A DNA stretch of 64,000 bases from Eledone cirrhosa (taxonomy: Eukaryota), in contig OZ024742.1 in the NCBI GenBank assembly GCA_964016885.1, forward strand, positions 264,864,001 through 264,928,000, in the 5' to 3' direction. The notes under the pieces were generated by a model, which saw nothing but the letters and a program-made list of their open reading frames with translations, did not search any database and was not told where the DNA came from. This document shows, piece after piece, positions 13,716 to 27,283 of the stretch (the first letter of the stretch is position 1; each line of letters starts with the position of its first letter). The position numbers and the translations under genes were made by a program.

Positions 13716-14385
13716 ATCTAATATTCTTACATTCACTTTTCCATAGATGTGATGTGATTCTTCACTTATGAGTCCCCTTCACTTGACTGTGGCCATGATG
13801 GGATAACACCTTTTAGTCAGTTGTATCAACCCCTGTACTTATTTCTGTCTGATACATATTTCATCAATCTCTGTTTACTGAGTGGCTAAGTTAACATTTC
13901 TTTTTTACACAATACTGTCATATCAAATACATTAACACTGACACATGCACACACATACACACAGCAAAATTGACAATAGATAGAATTAAAACCAGGACAG
14001 AGGTGGAAGAATAATGGGGAAAATGGTATATAGACGCTACAAAAAGGGTAGCAAGACAAAGACTGTCATCATTGGCTGTCAAAATGGATTTATACTGTAT
14101 CCACCTCTACCAGTAATACTGCTGGTTCATTTGGGGTTACAATATCGAATGAGATACTTAAATAGTGCCCTAGAGTATTCCAAAGGTTAAGGAATGAGAC
14201 CAAAATATTGAACAGAATGTCGACCTCTATGATAAAGTAAACAAGTCAAAACAAAAGTAAACTTATGTGAAAATACCTGGCAAGAGAAAATAAATAGATA
14301 AATAAATAAATATGTCTGTCAGCAGAACAACCTAAAATATATATGTATATATATATATGTATATATATATATACATATATATATT

Positions 14386-14418
<33 letters not shown>

Positions 14419-14459
14419 GTGTGTGTGTGTATATCTATCTATATATATATATATATATA

Positions 14460-14740
14460 ACATCATCATCATTATCATTTTACATCCACTTTTCCCTGCT
14501 TACAAGGGTGGGATGGGTCCTCTTCAGCACAGCATCTCTCCATTCGTCATGGTCCCTCGTCATCTCCTCTGTGAGCTTCAGCGATCTGAGGTCAGCTCTC
14601 ACCTCCTCCGTGTTTTTGTGGTCTTCCTCTACTGCTTCTTCCTTCCACCAGGATTTCTTGGCACTTATTCACCCAGTGGTCATCTTCCATGCACATCACA
14701 TGACCATACCAACGCAGTCTTCTATCCCACACACTACATG
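14460..14740 (-). mobile_element. RTE 3' fragment with (GAT)n tail in a (TA)n tract
   Basis: (CAT)n followed by TTTCCCTGCTTACAAGGGTGGG; residual LRWYGHVM. Confidence 0.75.
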
Positions 14741-14905
14741 CAGTCATAAAGCACACATGCCTTGTACACCTTTACCTTTGTCTTCTTGCATATGTCTTGC
14801 TGACCCCAGAGACACCTTTCTAGCTTTTCGAAGGCCTCACTTGGTTTCCTAATCCTGAGTGGAATTTCATTATCAAGATTGCTGTATCAATTGAAAGAGC
14901 TTCCC

Positions 14906-14983
<78 letters not shown>

Positions 14984-16729
14984 ATATACATATATATATA
15001 TAGTTCAAGGAGACAACAAACAGAGGTACAAAAAGTCTTATTAGTTTCACATTTTATATGGAAAGAAAGTTTGACGTGTCAGCCTTTCTTCAAGAATACA
15101 AAATTAGAGACAGGATCTCAAAGGAAATACAGAAATAAAGGAGTCTACGTAAAGAAAAAAAAAATAAATAAAGAGTGTAAACAAGACAAACCGTTAGATA
15201 GTCTTGATAACAAGATGGAACACAAGTGAAATGTGTGTGTGTATTAGTACCAATATTATGTGTGAGTGTATGTGTATGTTTAAACGTGTGTTTTTTTAAG
15301 GTATATTGTATAAAGTTGGTCAGCTGACAATAAAGAGTTTGATTTCTGGACTGGGCAGTGCATTGTGTCCTTAAACAGCATGCTTATTTCATGTTGCTCC
15401 CGTCTTTCAGCTGGTAACAATGAGTTGTACCTAATTTAAGGGGCCACATAAGTATTCCCACCAACACCACATCCATGTGCTATTGGAGATCACCTCTTAC
15501 CCTACTCATCACCCAGTAAAAACACATTTCACATACATCCATAATTTCATGCTTATGTTCCCTTTCCTCTACTTCTCCCACCTCTGTAGAGCAGTGCTCA
15601 TCAGTTGGGACAATATCTGACAACCTCTCTAGTGTTGGTGCCACAAAATGCACTCATTACACTCTATAATAGGAAGGGTACCCCACTGTAGGAACCACTC
15701 CAAAGGGGCATGAAAACCTGTCTAATATTGGTGATCTACATAATAAACACACCCTGTATATAATGTAAAGTGATAGGAAGGGAATCCATCTGTAGAACAT
15801 TTGCTAAACAAAGGGCTGAGAGGCCCTATCACTTGTGTCAAATCATGACAACCACCCTAGTGCTTGTGCCATGATAGAGCATGGGGCCATATGTAAATGA
15901 GATATGCATACATATGTTTATAAAATATCACTATTAACATGTCAGTTACAAAAACGTTGTCCCAACCCTCTTTAGCCTAATAACTGAATGGGTCCCAAAC
16001 ATTTTTTTTTATCACTGTTTGTCTGCACTTGTTAGACGAGTTGGATCAGTTTGTGAAATAACATGCATGTTTGTCTATGGATATGTATGTTTGACATATG
16101 AAAAAAAATGTTTGTATAATGCACCATGTGTAGGTTTCTTGAATTTTGAGAAATGTTCTTTTGATGTGTGGGAAATGTGTGATGGGTCTTTGGTGTGTGA
16201 AAAGCATGTGAGAAATGTGTGAGATACACTGCATGTATGCAGAGAAACATGGTTTTAGCGCAAGCTAACTGTGGTTGCGAATCATAGCATATCTTTAGAA
16301 ACATATTTTTATTATAGTTCTTGTATGTGAAAGTATTTATATAACATGCAAACATGAATCATGATGTTCAAAATCTGATGGGTTTATGTGTGGGATATCT
16401 ATGTGATACAAGGAGGGTAACACATGGAAGTATGAGAGGAGGGGAAAATATGAAAAACTGTGATGGGCAACTGGAGGAAGGAAGTGAGAAATGTAGCTAA
16501 AGAGAGAGGGGGAGGAGATGTATTAAAAACATTGAAAATGGTTCTTCTTCTTCTTCTTCTTCTTCTCCCACTTATGCTCAGTGTTGCTATAACTAATCCT
16601 CATAAAAGTTGCATGTAAAGTACATAGAATAATGTACAAATGTCAGGAAAGTGAACAGTGTATGAGTCATGATATACACACAGACACACACACACATGCG
16701 TGCATGTGTATGGAGGGGGAATATCAAGT

Positions 16730-17225
16730 GTAGTGTTGGCAAATTTCGGGAAGCATGGAAGTTTTGAAGGATGCAGTCTCCCAACAGCTAACAAGTGATG
16801 CAGGTAGTTTGTTTCATGCTTCAGGAACTCTGATCATGAAAAAGTATTTCTGAAAGTCATGGGAGCTGTACTGTTTTCTAATTTTGTAAGCATGTCCATA
16901 TGGAATTCAAAAAGGTGCCCAGGGTTGTTGTTGGAAAGATGGTTAATCTTGTGAGTGTCTACCAAATTAGTTGCCAGACGTCAGAGTTTTAATGTATCCA
17001 CACCCAGGGAAGCAAGGTGTTTAGAGTATGGTAGATGCCTGATGGAGGGTATTCATTTGGTTACACATCTCTGAACAGTATACAGGAGATCAATATTCTG
17101 AACAAGATAGGTGTTCCAGACTGGTGATACAAATTCTAAATGTGGATGCACCATAGCTATATACAACTTTAAATAGATAGCTGAACGGCAGCTGGCAAAG
17201 GTCTTACTGATTGATGCTAAGACAA
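16730..17225 (-). mobile_element. CR1-like LINE 3' relic
   Basis: YLKLYIAMVHPHLEFVSPVWNTY...VQRCVTK followed by HAYKIRKQ...FF.IRV...NKLPA, a typical CR1 ORF2 end. Confidence 0.75.
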
Positions 17226-18382
17226 AGAAACATGTAAAAACAGCCGCTATGCAAATGTAATATAGATATAATAGAGATCTTATACAAATATAACACAGTT
17301 GTTGTGCAGATATTGTACAGATGTAAAACATATGTTATGCAAATGTGATACAGATCTTGGCAAATATAATACAGATGTGCAGATTGAATACAGATAAAAC
17401 AGATGGTATGCTTATATTATACAAAGGTAATGCAGATATTAATGGTACAGTGGAGTTGTGATAGAAATTTTGGAAATATGTGATGCAGATATTATAAAGC
17501 TTTGCTATAATCTGTATCTTTGTGCTGCAGTATGGCCAGGATTATAGATATTTAAACAAACTTAAGAAGTAATACTGGAGAAAAACTATAGAAGATATGT
17601 AGCACAGATTTTAAGCACATCAAAAGCAGACAAAAGGTCTGGAGGACTCTTCAGCTGTGGCAAAAATATGACAACTAGAGCTGGTGCTGTGAGAAAATGC
17701 ACCTGGTGTACTTTGTAGAGTGTGGAAACATATGTAAGTCAGGTGCAGACCATCAACTTGTCTGAAATGTCAGTACCTCTAATTAAGTACTAACTTGGTT
17801 TGTGATGACCTGTCCCATCCTTGCTAGCTGAGAAAACAGGCATTATGTGATGATGATGATAACTTCCCTAATCTCATTTTTTAGCATATACAAACATAAA
17901 TTTTAATTAGGTTATTTTTCTCTATTGGCTTGTTGGATGCTGTAGTTCAAACTATTTCTATATAATTCTTTTTAAAGATTCCTTTCTTTTACTTACTTGG
18001 TAAGCTTTGAAGAATTGATGGTTTTGATGTTTGACATCTACACAATTGCTCACCTTGGTGGAAATAACAGTTAGATCTCGTTTATAACATGTCCCACTTT
18101 CTAAAAAAAATGAAAGGTTACATTGAATAACGTAGTGCTAGATTCATCATAGCTAAAAATGAAAAAGGGGGTTTCTAAAATTGGAATGCCTTTGATAATG
18201 TTGGTTGAGTCATGACTAATTTGTAGTTAAACATCAAGAACCCACCAAAGAAGGAATTGTGGAGTTAGTATAGGCAACTTTAAACTCCCAATACAACAAC
18301 TTAAACTGCTAAATATAGCAGATAAGTGTGCACCTATGTATTTATTTTAGCTTTTATTCTAAAATATTATTTTTAATTGTAG

Positions 18383-18462
18383 GAGCAAACCGGACGCATA
18401 CGGAAGTCAGTCAGAAACCTGCGTTCCTCTCTGATGATGAAGTGAAACATTTAATACTGGGG
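18383..18462 (+). CDS. BMAL1: BMAL1 exon: bHLH to PAS-A linker
   Basis: tgtag|GA...GGG|gtaagt. Encodes GANRTHTEVSQKPAFLSDDEVKHLILG (compare KPTFLSDDELKHLIL). Phase matches both neighbours. Confidence 0.93.
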
Positions 18463-18802
18463 GTAAGTTTTTACGGAGAGCTGACCTATATTTTTGTAAT
18501 TATAAATGTCTCTCTATGATGATATATGCTGGTATCGTAAGTCATCAGCTAATACTGGTTAAAATAAAATAATATTATTCAGATTGGACATCTAAATTCA
18601 ATGTATTAGCTTTTGTTACACGTCTATTAAATTGCAGTTCTTATTTTGTACATTGAATTATTGCTTTTTTCATTGGAAACAGCATACAAAGCTGGATGGT
18701 ATTGGTAAAATTCAATTTGAGAATAAGAAAGGATAACTATAATTCTGTTTAAAATAAATGAAATATCAAAGATCTATAGTTTGTGTATATATATATATAT
18801 AT

Positions 18803-21800
18803 CATCATCATCATCATGGGTGTTTTTGTTATGACACCTACACAATTACTTTACAGTGTTGGCTGGGTGCTTTTTGTTATGGAACATACATGACCCTTTT
18901 ATAGTGTGAGCTGGGCACTTTTTGTCATATCACCTACATGAGCACTTTACAATGTGGGCTGGGAAATTTTTTCATGACTACTACATGACCACTTTACAGT
19001 GTGGGCTGAGCACTTTTTGTTGTGTCACCTACATGACTATTTCACAATGTAGGCTGGGGACTTGGAGCGGAAGGAGTTGTGTGGGGATGGGGATTGGAGA
19101 AGTAGCTCTAGGAGTGTGTCTAAGTGGTGGAGTGTTCTGATGTGGGTGGAGTGATAGGATGTGGGAGGTGCAAGAAAGGGAGGCGTATTAGGACATGGAG
19201 GGGCTTAGAAAGGAGAGGGGTACGTAGTGCATACAAGATGTATGCTTCAATCCGTGTACACAGGAAGGTGGGTCTTCTGTATTACTGCATAAAGCCAGAT
19301 ATCTAGATCCTGGGTCATTGCCTTCAAGAGGTGCAATTGTACAAGGCCATCTTTTATCACCTCATCCCAAGGCTTTCTACATTATAGTTTCCATCAACTT
19401 TAAGCTCCCTACACCGTTTGATACAGCTGTCATCATTCATACACATCACATGTCCATATTAACCCATTCTCCTCTCTTACACACTGCATCTGATCCTTCG
19501 TATGTCCAGCTTCTCTCTCAGTTCATTTATGCTTTGCCATTCATGTATATTACTATTACACATCCATTGAAGCATGGAAGCTTCATTTCTTTCCAATCTT
19601 TGTAGGTCCTCTACACGCAGCACCTGGGTCTCACTGTCATATAACATTGCTTTCTACATACTATGACTTTTGTCTTTGTCAGGTTGACTTTAAGATCTTT
19701 AGATTCTAGGCCTTGCATCCAGGTTTGGAATTTCTTCTCTAGATCTGCCATAAGGGTTAGATCATCTGCATACAGCAGCTCCCATAGACAGCCAGTCTTA
19801 AACTCTTCTGTTTTAACCTGCAGGGCAATAATATACAGAAGAGGACTAAGACCGGAGCCTTGATGTACTCCTACCTGCATACTAAATTCTTCACTATAAT
19901 CATTGACGTTTTGTCTGTTCCTCTATACATGGCTTGTACTGCCGTCACAAGCCACTTATCTATTCCTAGTTTTCTAAGAGCCCACCAGGTAATGGAATGG
20001 GAAACTCTGCCATAATCTTTCTCCAGGTCCACAAATGCCAAGTATAGGGGTTTACTTTTAGCCAAGTAATTCTCCTGCAGTTGCTTCATATGGAAGAGAG
20101 CATCAATGGTACTTTTAACTGGCACAAATCTGAACTGCATCTCATGTCAGTTAACTCTGTCTCTGATCAGCTGTAATATGACTCTTTCTGTGACCTTTGT
20201 GACCTGATCAATCATCTTGATGCATCTATAGTTTTCTCTGTCTAGCACATCTCATTTGCCTTTGAAGCAGTTGACGATGCTGCTGCTATGCCAGTCATTG
20301 GGTATGATACCATTTTGTAGTAATTGGTTTAAAATTTGTGTGGTTAAGGTGTGACTCACCATCCCAGATGCTTTCAGCATCTTGGCAACTATTCCTGAAG
20401 GTCCATCTGCTTTGCCTGTCTTCATAATTTTGATTGTCTTACTATCTATACTACTGCTGACTTATACTGCTGGTCTCTCTGTTGGGTTTACTTGGGGCAA
20501 ATTATCTTCTCCCCATGCATTCTCCTCATTTAGTAGTCTTTCATAGTGGCACTTCCATGTAACCTTTTCAATGCCAGTGAATGCGAGTACACCATAATCA
20601 TCTCAGACACAATTCTCTCCATCAGCATCGCAATTTTCCCTGGCATACTGCTTCACAATCCTGAAGACCTCACACTTTTGATCCTCATGTAGAACATGTT
20701 TAAATTTCTTATTTTCTGCTTCCTTTCTTGCAAAGTATACCTGTTACCTAACTTCTCTCATAGCATCCTGGTAGTGCTCTTTACTTCCCCCATTCTGCCA
20801 TTCTTTCCATGCCTACCTGTCTTTTGGCCTTAATTGTCTCTTCCACCTTACTGTTCCACCATCAAATCACTCTACATCTCCCTAGAGACCTAGTCAAACC
20901 ACAGATTTTGTTTGTCACTTTCAGTAGGTTATCTTTCAGGAATTCCCACTGCTCCTCTATATTGTATGTCTCTATTTGCTCTTCTTTACTATCAAATGCA
21001 TTAACCAACATACCTCTATATTTGTTATGGGCTGCAGGGTACTTTAACTTCCATATTCTTCTCCTCCAGTGTGTCCTTTGTTGTCGAGTTTGTCTAGCCT
21101 TAACTATGAGGTCACTAACTTCTAGCTTATGTTGGAAAGTGCATTCTTCTCCAGGGAGGGACTTTGTGTTTACAGCTGTCACTCTGTCTTGTCTTCTGGT
21201 GAAGATAAAGTCTATCTGGCTGGTATGCACCTCTTTTTTTGAAGTTTGTATTACAGATGGATAGATCATTAGCATCACAGAATTGCAGAAGCCTGAAACC
21301 TTCCTAATTTCTAGCACTAAATGCATAACCTTGGTCTCCGGCCACACCAATGTCGCTGTGGATCCACCGTGAACTCTTTCGGCCTCCACCCGCTTTCCTG
21401 TTGCCACAGTGCCGGCCGCCTTCCACATGCTGCCTTCAACGAGGTCATAAAGCATGGCTTGGATGCTGCAGGCTTCCCTTCCCAGCTCGAGCCGGTGGGG
21501 CTGGACTGAGGGGACGGCAAAGGGCCAGATGGCATGACCATCTTCCCGTTCCGCAGTAGCAAACCCCCCCATCTGGGATGCCACTTGCACTGACACTTGC
21601 TCCAGCCGCAACCTGGTGCAGTCTGCGACTAACTCAGGTTCTGCTGCACGTCGGGCTGAGGAGGCCAAACTCTTCAAATACCAGTTTCTCTCCGACAGGT
21701 TTGCGGTTGTACCCCTGGCAGTGGAGACTTTTGGTGTCCTCGACTGTAGGGCTACCTCCCTACTCACCACCATAGGTGCTGATCTGGCCAGCCACAGGTG

Positions 21801-22260
21801 TGAGCCTCACGAGCTGGAATAGCTTTTCCAGTGCGTCTCCCTTGCCGTCCTCCATTCTGTCTGCTGGGGCTGTGGGAAGGCCACCGATATGATTAACTGA
21901 CTTATCATTTTATCAGTCAGATACTCACTCATCCACTAATTTAAGTATTTATAATTTCAGGTACATAAAGGAATATTTTTTCATGAATATAGAAATTTCT
22001 GTTAGTTGACCTATACTAAAGGGCTTCACCTTCGTGGATCCCTTAGAAGCCATCACAGAATTGCCTAACATGCCCATTAAGGTCACCAGCAATGATTATG
22101 AGGCCATCATTGCTTATTTGGGAAGCCATGTGCATTAGTGATTAGTAGAACCTCTCTTTTGTTCCATCTGAAAATCCTGATTGAGGTGTATATGCAGATA
22201 TAATCTTTACAGTTGTTTTATTTAGGACTAGTCTAAGTTTGATGATTCTGTCATTCACAT
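18803..22260 (-). mobile_element. Old RTE LINE copy with internal deletions, interrupted by a CRE-like fragment
   Basis: (CAT)n tail, ~44 bp 3' UTR repeats, LLYADDLTL, FVDLEKDYGRV. The APE-coding region is split at ~21318/22015 and resumes as IISAYTPQSG...GDLNGHV. Confidence 0.85.
21320..21960 (+). mobile_element. CRE-like non-LTR retrotransposon 3' end (CCHC knuckle + restriction-like endonuclease)
   Basis: CRCG...HPLSC...HAAFNEVIK...PDGMTIFPF...WDATCTDT...AEEAKLFKY...VPLAVETFG. GC-rich; stops and a frameshift present. Confidence 0.8.
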
Positions 22261-22321
22261 ATACATATATATCATCATCATTATCGTTTAACGTCTATCT
22301 TCCATGCTACCATACACACAT

Positions 22322-22378
<57 letters not shown>

Positions 22379-22959
22379 GTATCTCGTTAAGTTGTACCAT
22401 TCAGGGCACTGTTATATTTTATATGAGTGTATGTATGTGTGTATATAACTATATATCTATATATAGTAAAGTTATATCTGTATATATACAGAGTGGGTAA
22501 CCGATATAGCGGTTGATGGTCCAAGATAAACTACTTTGCTTCCTAGCAACATATGATGATGTTAGGCCACTGCCTCTCTGCTTATGTTTCAAGTAGAGGC
22601 AGTCTATGTCACTCTTGATGTGGGAGTTTCCGGTGTTGTTTAGAATTTTTCGAGTTTTGACATCAAGTGCTCATTTTGTATGTATGTATGTTTGTATGTA
22701 TGTATGCATTCAATGTTCAGAGAGTGGGATTGACCCTGTGCAAAGCCTTTCCTCACTTAAAAATGCTCTAAGCATAGGTATGACTTGATATGTGACATTT
22801 TTGTTGTGATGCATGGTATTGCTGGCCTAGCAGGAGTAAGAAGCCACGTCCATGATGCTCATGCTTAAGTATCAAGTGATGGCAATACTCAAAATTATGT
22901 TGCAGTCATCATGTATGTGTGTGTGCATGTGTGTGTATGCATGCATGTATACATATATA

Positions 22960-23203
22960 TATACTGTGTTAGTATGGACATGTGATGCAAATGGATGATG
23001 ATCGCTAGGTGAAGAGCCAGGAAATGCCAGTGGAAGGAAGACTAAGAAAGACCTGTGCAGAGGTTGTGAGAGCTGACCTCAAATCACTGAGACTCAAAGA
23101 GGAGATGACAGAGGAATGCAGTGAATGGAGAGATGCCATGCTGAAAGGACCCATCCAACTCATGCAAGCATGGGAAAACGGATGTAAAAATGATGATGAT
23201 GAT
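22960..23203 (+). mobile_element. RTE 3' fragment with (GAT)n tail
   Basis: GRLRKTCAEVVRADL...WRDAML; ends CATGCAAGCATGGGAAAACGGATGTAAAAATGATGATG. Confidence 0.75.
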
Positions 23204-24831
23204 ATTTGTATAAACACCCATTTACATATCTCAATATATAGAGAGATAGGGGGCCTGAATTAGGGCATCAACACAAAACCATTGATAGCTTAGTATCATT
23301 CTTGTATTGATTTATAAATATAACCACATACATTCTACATTTTTGTATCAAATGCTTATTATTTATCAAACGTCAAAGATTCTTGCTTCATGTGATTGTT
23401 CAAGTGACAAACACATGAATGCGGTAGACTTGATGTGAATTCATTGGTCCATAGTGAGTTTGTAGATTGTCCTTTCATTAGTAAGTAATAACGGGAAGAA
23501 GGGAAAGAACTGCAGCTGAATAACCTTTGATAAGGGAGGCTACCCTTCTCGGTTCTGAAAATATTTTAACAGGAATTTTATCTTGTAATTGAAAGAATAC
23601 AAAATTTTGGGTTTTTATTTTCCAAAAATTATGTGGTTGCGTCCAAACATTGAATTTCTAAGATAAGCATAACGTACATCTAATGGCTCCATCATTGTAA
23701 TTCACAACATCTACAATAATCCAGATTATGAGTAATTGAGACCTGAAGCTTCTTATGAATGAATTTATAATATATATGTTATATTGAAGACATTAACTAT
23801 TGTGTTCAGATTTAATCTTTATAATTATTAAGTTTTCTATTTCCTTATTAGACCTTTCTGTTTAGTTTATAATATTAATGTTCCTATATTCCATAAGTTT
23901 TCTAGATGTTCTCGGCATCACCTTCTGAATGAAGTAGTAGTTAAAAACAAGGAAAACCAAGTTTAAATGAGTACTCGATACATATTTACATATTAGCTCC
24001 TGATGATCTCTGAATAAGAGGAAAATGGAGAATTTGATTTTCTGCTGAAATTACTAATAAAATATGCATGTATGTGTATGTATGAGTAATATATATATCT
24101 GCCAACTTACACCATACATATCATTATTTTATTTTACATCTGCTATCCATTCTATCACTCTGTCTTTCCTACTAACACCTATCTATCTCTCTAGTTTTCT
24201 TCCATCTCAATGGCTATGTTATAACGGAGCACATCTTATCTGTCTATATTTGGTTTCTAACCAGCACTTTACTGCTAACTATAGTTCTTACTTCATGAGA
24301 CCATCATTTTCTTTCCTCCTTGTGGTTTTTAGTTGACATCTACCACTGTCTAGCTATCATCCATCCAGGACAGTCCCTTCTCATCAGTCGACCTCTAGAG
24401 TTCCTTGTGGTTTTGGTACATTAAGGTCAATAATACTAGTTTCAGTGCACAGAGGACAGTAACAAACACAAGACAGGAAGATTGGTCTTTTGACTATTTA
24501 CAAATAAAACAATGTACTGAAACTGAAAAGAACAGATAGAAACAAAGCCTAATATATTAGCCTAGAATAGAAAGTATACACAGAAGGCAAAGTGAGAAAG
24601 AGAAGGTGAAAGAAACAGGATATACAAACATTAATAAACAAGAATGTTGTTCATTTGGACATTAGTCCTAAATAGACAGACACACACATATATATAGAGA
24701 GAGAGGGAAAAAAGTGTGTGTGTGGGGGGGGGTATTCTTTAGTTGCACACCTCTATCTCTTTATTTTCAACCACACCAGATACTTAAACTTACACCTACA
24801 CCTGCACACACACACACACACACACACACAG

Positions 24832-24910
<79 letters not shown>

Positions 24911-25296
24911 TATTTTCTCACACTTGTACATGGTACAACAATGCATTGAAATAGATCAGAAATGGCTGTTGTTATTACAGACCTTTAAGGGAGTGGTGGA
25001 GGTGGGGTCAGTGAGGCCATAAGTGACCACCCCACCGTGTCTTCCTTCTGTCATTTTACACACTCTCTCTCTCTCTATATATATATATATATGTGTAGTT
25101 ATATGCATATTTATGTGTGTTTTACTGTGTGTGTGTTCCTGTTGATGTCTATGTTTGTGTGTCTATAGATATATGAGTATATGACTGTTAATACCTGTTT
25201 GTTATTGTGTGTCTATATGTGTATGTGTCAGTATATGTGTCTGTGTGTCTCTTGATATTTTGTTTGCATTGATGTTTGTCCATGTCTGTGTGTCAT

Positions 25297-26085
25297 GCCG
25301 AGGTTAACTTTGCCTTTCATCCTTACGGGATCGATAAAATAAAGTACCAGTAATGTACTGGGTAATTGCTGGCCTTGTGCCAAAAGTAGAAACAATTATC
25401 TTTAAGTATTGTTATATATAGTTATGTGAGTATATATTGCCAGTGTAGTTATTTGTTGCTATGTATGATGTATGTATGACTGTAAGCACATATTTGGATC
25501 TGTGTGTATATACTTATATGAGTTTGTGTGTTTGTGTACATGTGTGCGTTTATCAATATTAGTGATTATAACTACAAATAGAAGTGCATTATTGTATGAA
25601 CATTATTTTATTTACTAGAGGGCAGTGGATTGGCAGTATCGGTAGAGGGTCAGACCCCCATGTATTTGATGCATGGAGTTACGGCTATTGCCATTCTAAG
25701 TTCAAATCCCGCCGAGCTTAACTTTTCCTTTCATCCTTATGGGGTCGATAAAATAATGCACCAGTAATGCACTGGGTAATTGCTGACCTTGTGCCAAAAA
25801 TAGAAATAATTATTGTATGAACATTTGTGACTCTGTGTGGGTCACTTCATTTCACATTGCTCCAGTTTACTCAGCTGTAGAAATGAGATGATAGGGACTG
25901 GGGTCCCTATCATTCCACTGCAAAGTGGTCGTGGAGGTGCCACAGAAAAAAAGCACCCAGCACTCACTGTAAATGAGGTTGGTGTTAGGAAGGGCATCCA
26001 GCTGTAGAAATCCAGCCAGAATCAGTTCCCGTCCCACCCTTGCAAGCAGGGAAAAAGCGGACGTAAAATGAAATGATGAAATGAT
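25297..26085 (+). mobile_element. SINE cluster: truncated family A (25297-25398), full family A (25620-25810), 5'-truncated family B (~25835-26085)
   Basis: Direct similarity to the copies at 59801 and 60816. Confidence 0.85.
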
Positions 26086-26168
26086 GAACAGTTGTACATA
26101 TTTCTGTTTCTGTATGCATGTGTGTATGTACATAGGTATATATGTGTGTATATCTATATAAATACATG

Positions 26169-26256
<88 letters not shown>

Positions 26257-26779
26257 ATGTGAGTGTGTGTGTGGATATATGTATATGTGTATGCTACTCA
26301 ATGTTTGCGTGTGTTTGAATGCTACACTATTGGTAATGAGAGGTATGTACTTTTATTACTTGTAGTATAGATAGATATACACTCATCATGTTAAGATTGA
26401 TTATGTTCAATCTGTAACTGTCATAGCCACTACTCCCAACACCTTATATCACCTTTTTCTCAGCCTTCCCACAATCCCTCATCTTCACCCCTCTCACTTT
26501 CTCACTCTCTCTGTTTTTTTTTTTCCTCTGACAAGTATATATATATATCTATGTGCCTGTGTATATGTACTTGCACATCTCTCTCTCTCTTCCTCCCTCT
26601 CTCTCTCTCTCCCTCTCCCTCTCCTCTCTCTCCCCCCCCCCTTTCTCTCTCTCCCTCTCTCTCTCAATTTCATTTGCATTTTTCATTCCTTCTTCACCCA
26701 ACTGTCCAAACACTTAATTCTTATCACTCACGTTTATACATATATTTTTTTCTGATATATCTGTGTATGTATATATATA

Positions 26780-26842
<63 letters not shown>

Positions 26843-26913
26843 ATGTGTGTGTATATATATATATATATATGTGTGTGAGAGAGTATATATAAATGTATAT
26901 ATATATGTATGTG

Positions 26914-26975
<62 letters not shown>

Positions 26976-27063
26976 AGTGTGTATATGTGTACATATATAT
27001 GTGTGTGTGTGTGTGTGTGTGAGAGAGAGTATATGTAAATGTATATATATGTATGTATATATA

Positions 27064-27104
<41 letters not shown>

Positions 27105-27283
27105 TGTTTGTGTATATATCCCATCTAACACAGGCAAGCATGGAAAATAGCTGTAAAATGGTGTGTATATCATATATATATGCATACTTACACATACACA
27201 TAGACCGTATTCCTTGACATCATGTATGTAATCATGGTTTTTATATGTTGACACATACATACACACACAAGTCCATGCATATA

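Noticed and set aside
20862-21773. 303 aa minus-strand ORF
   Set aside because: Chimera of antisense CRE-like sequence running into an RTE fragment.
21273-22064. 14 bp direct repeat CATCACAGAATTGC flanking the CRE-like insert, resembling a TSD
   Set aside because: Both copies lie inside RTE endonuclease coding sequence (QFCD encoded twice), tens of bases away from the real junctions.
23995-24030. CUGAUGA-containing motifs here and at ~50960(-) and ~62335, plus CUGAAGA at ~53176
   Set aside because: Stem III or GAAA could not be completed convincingly; too degenerate to call as hammerheads.
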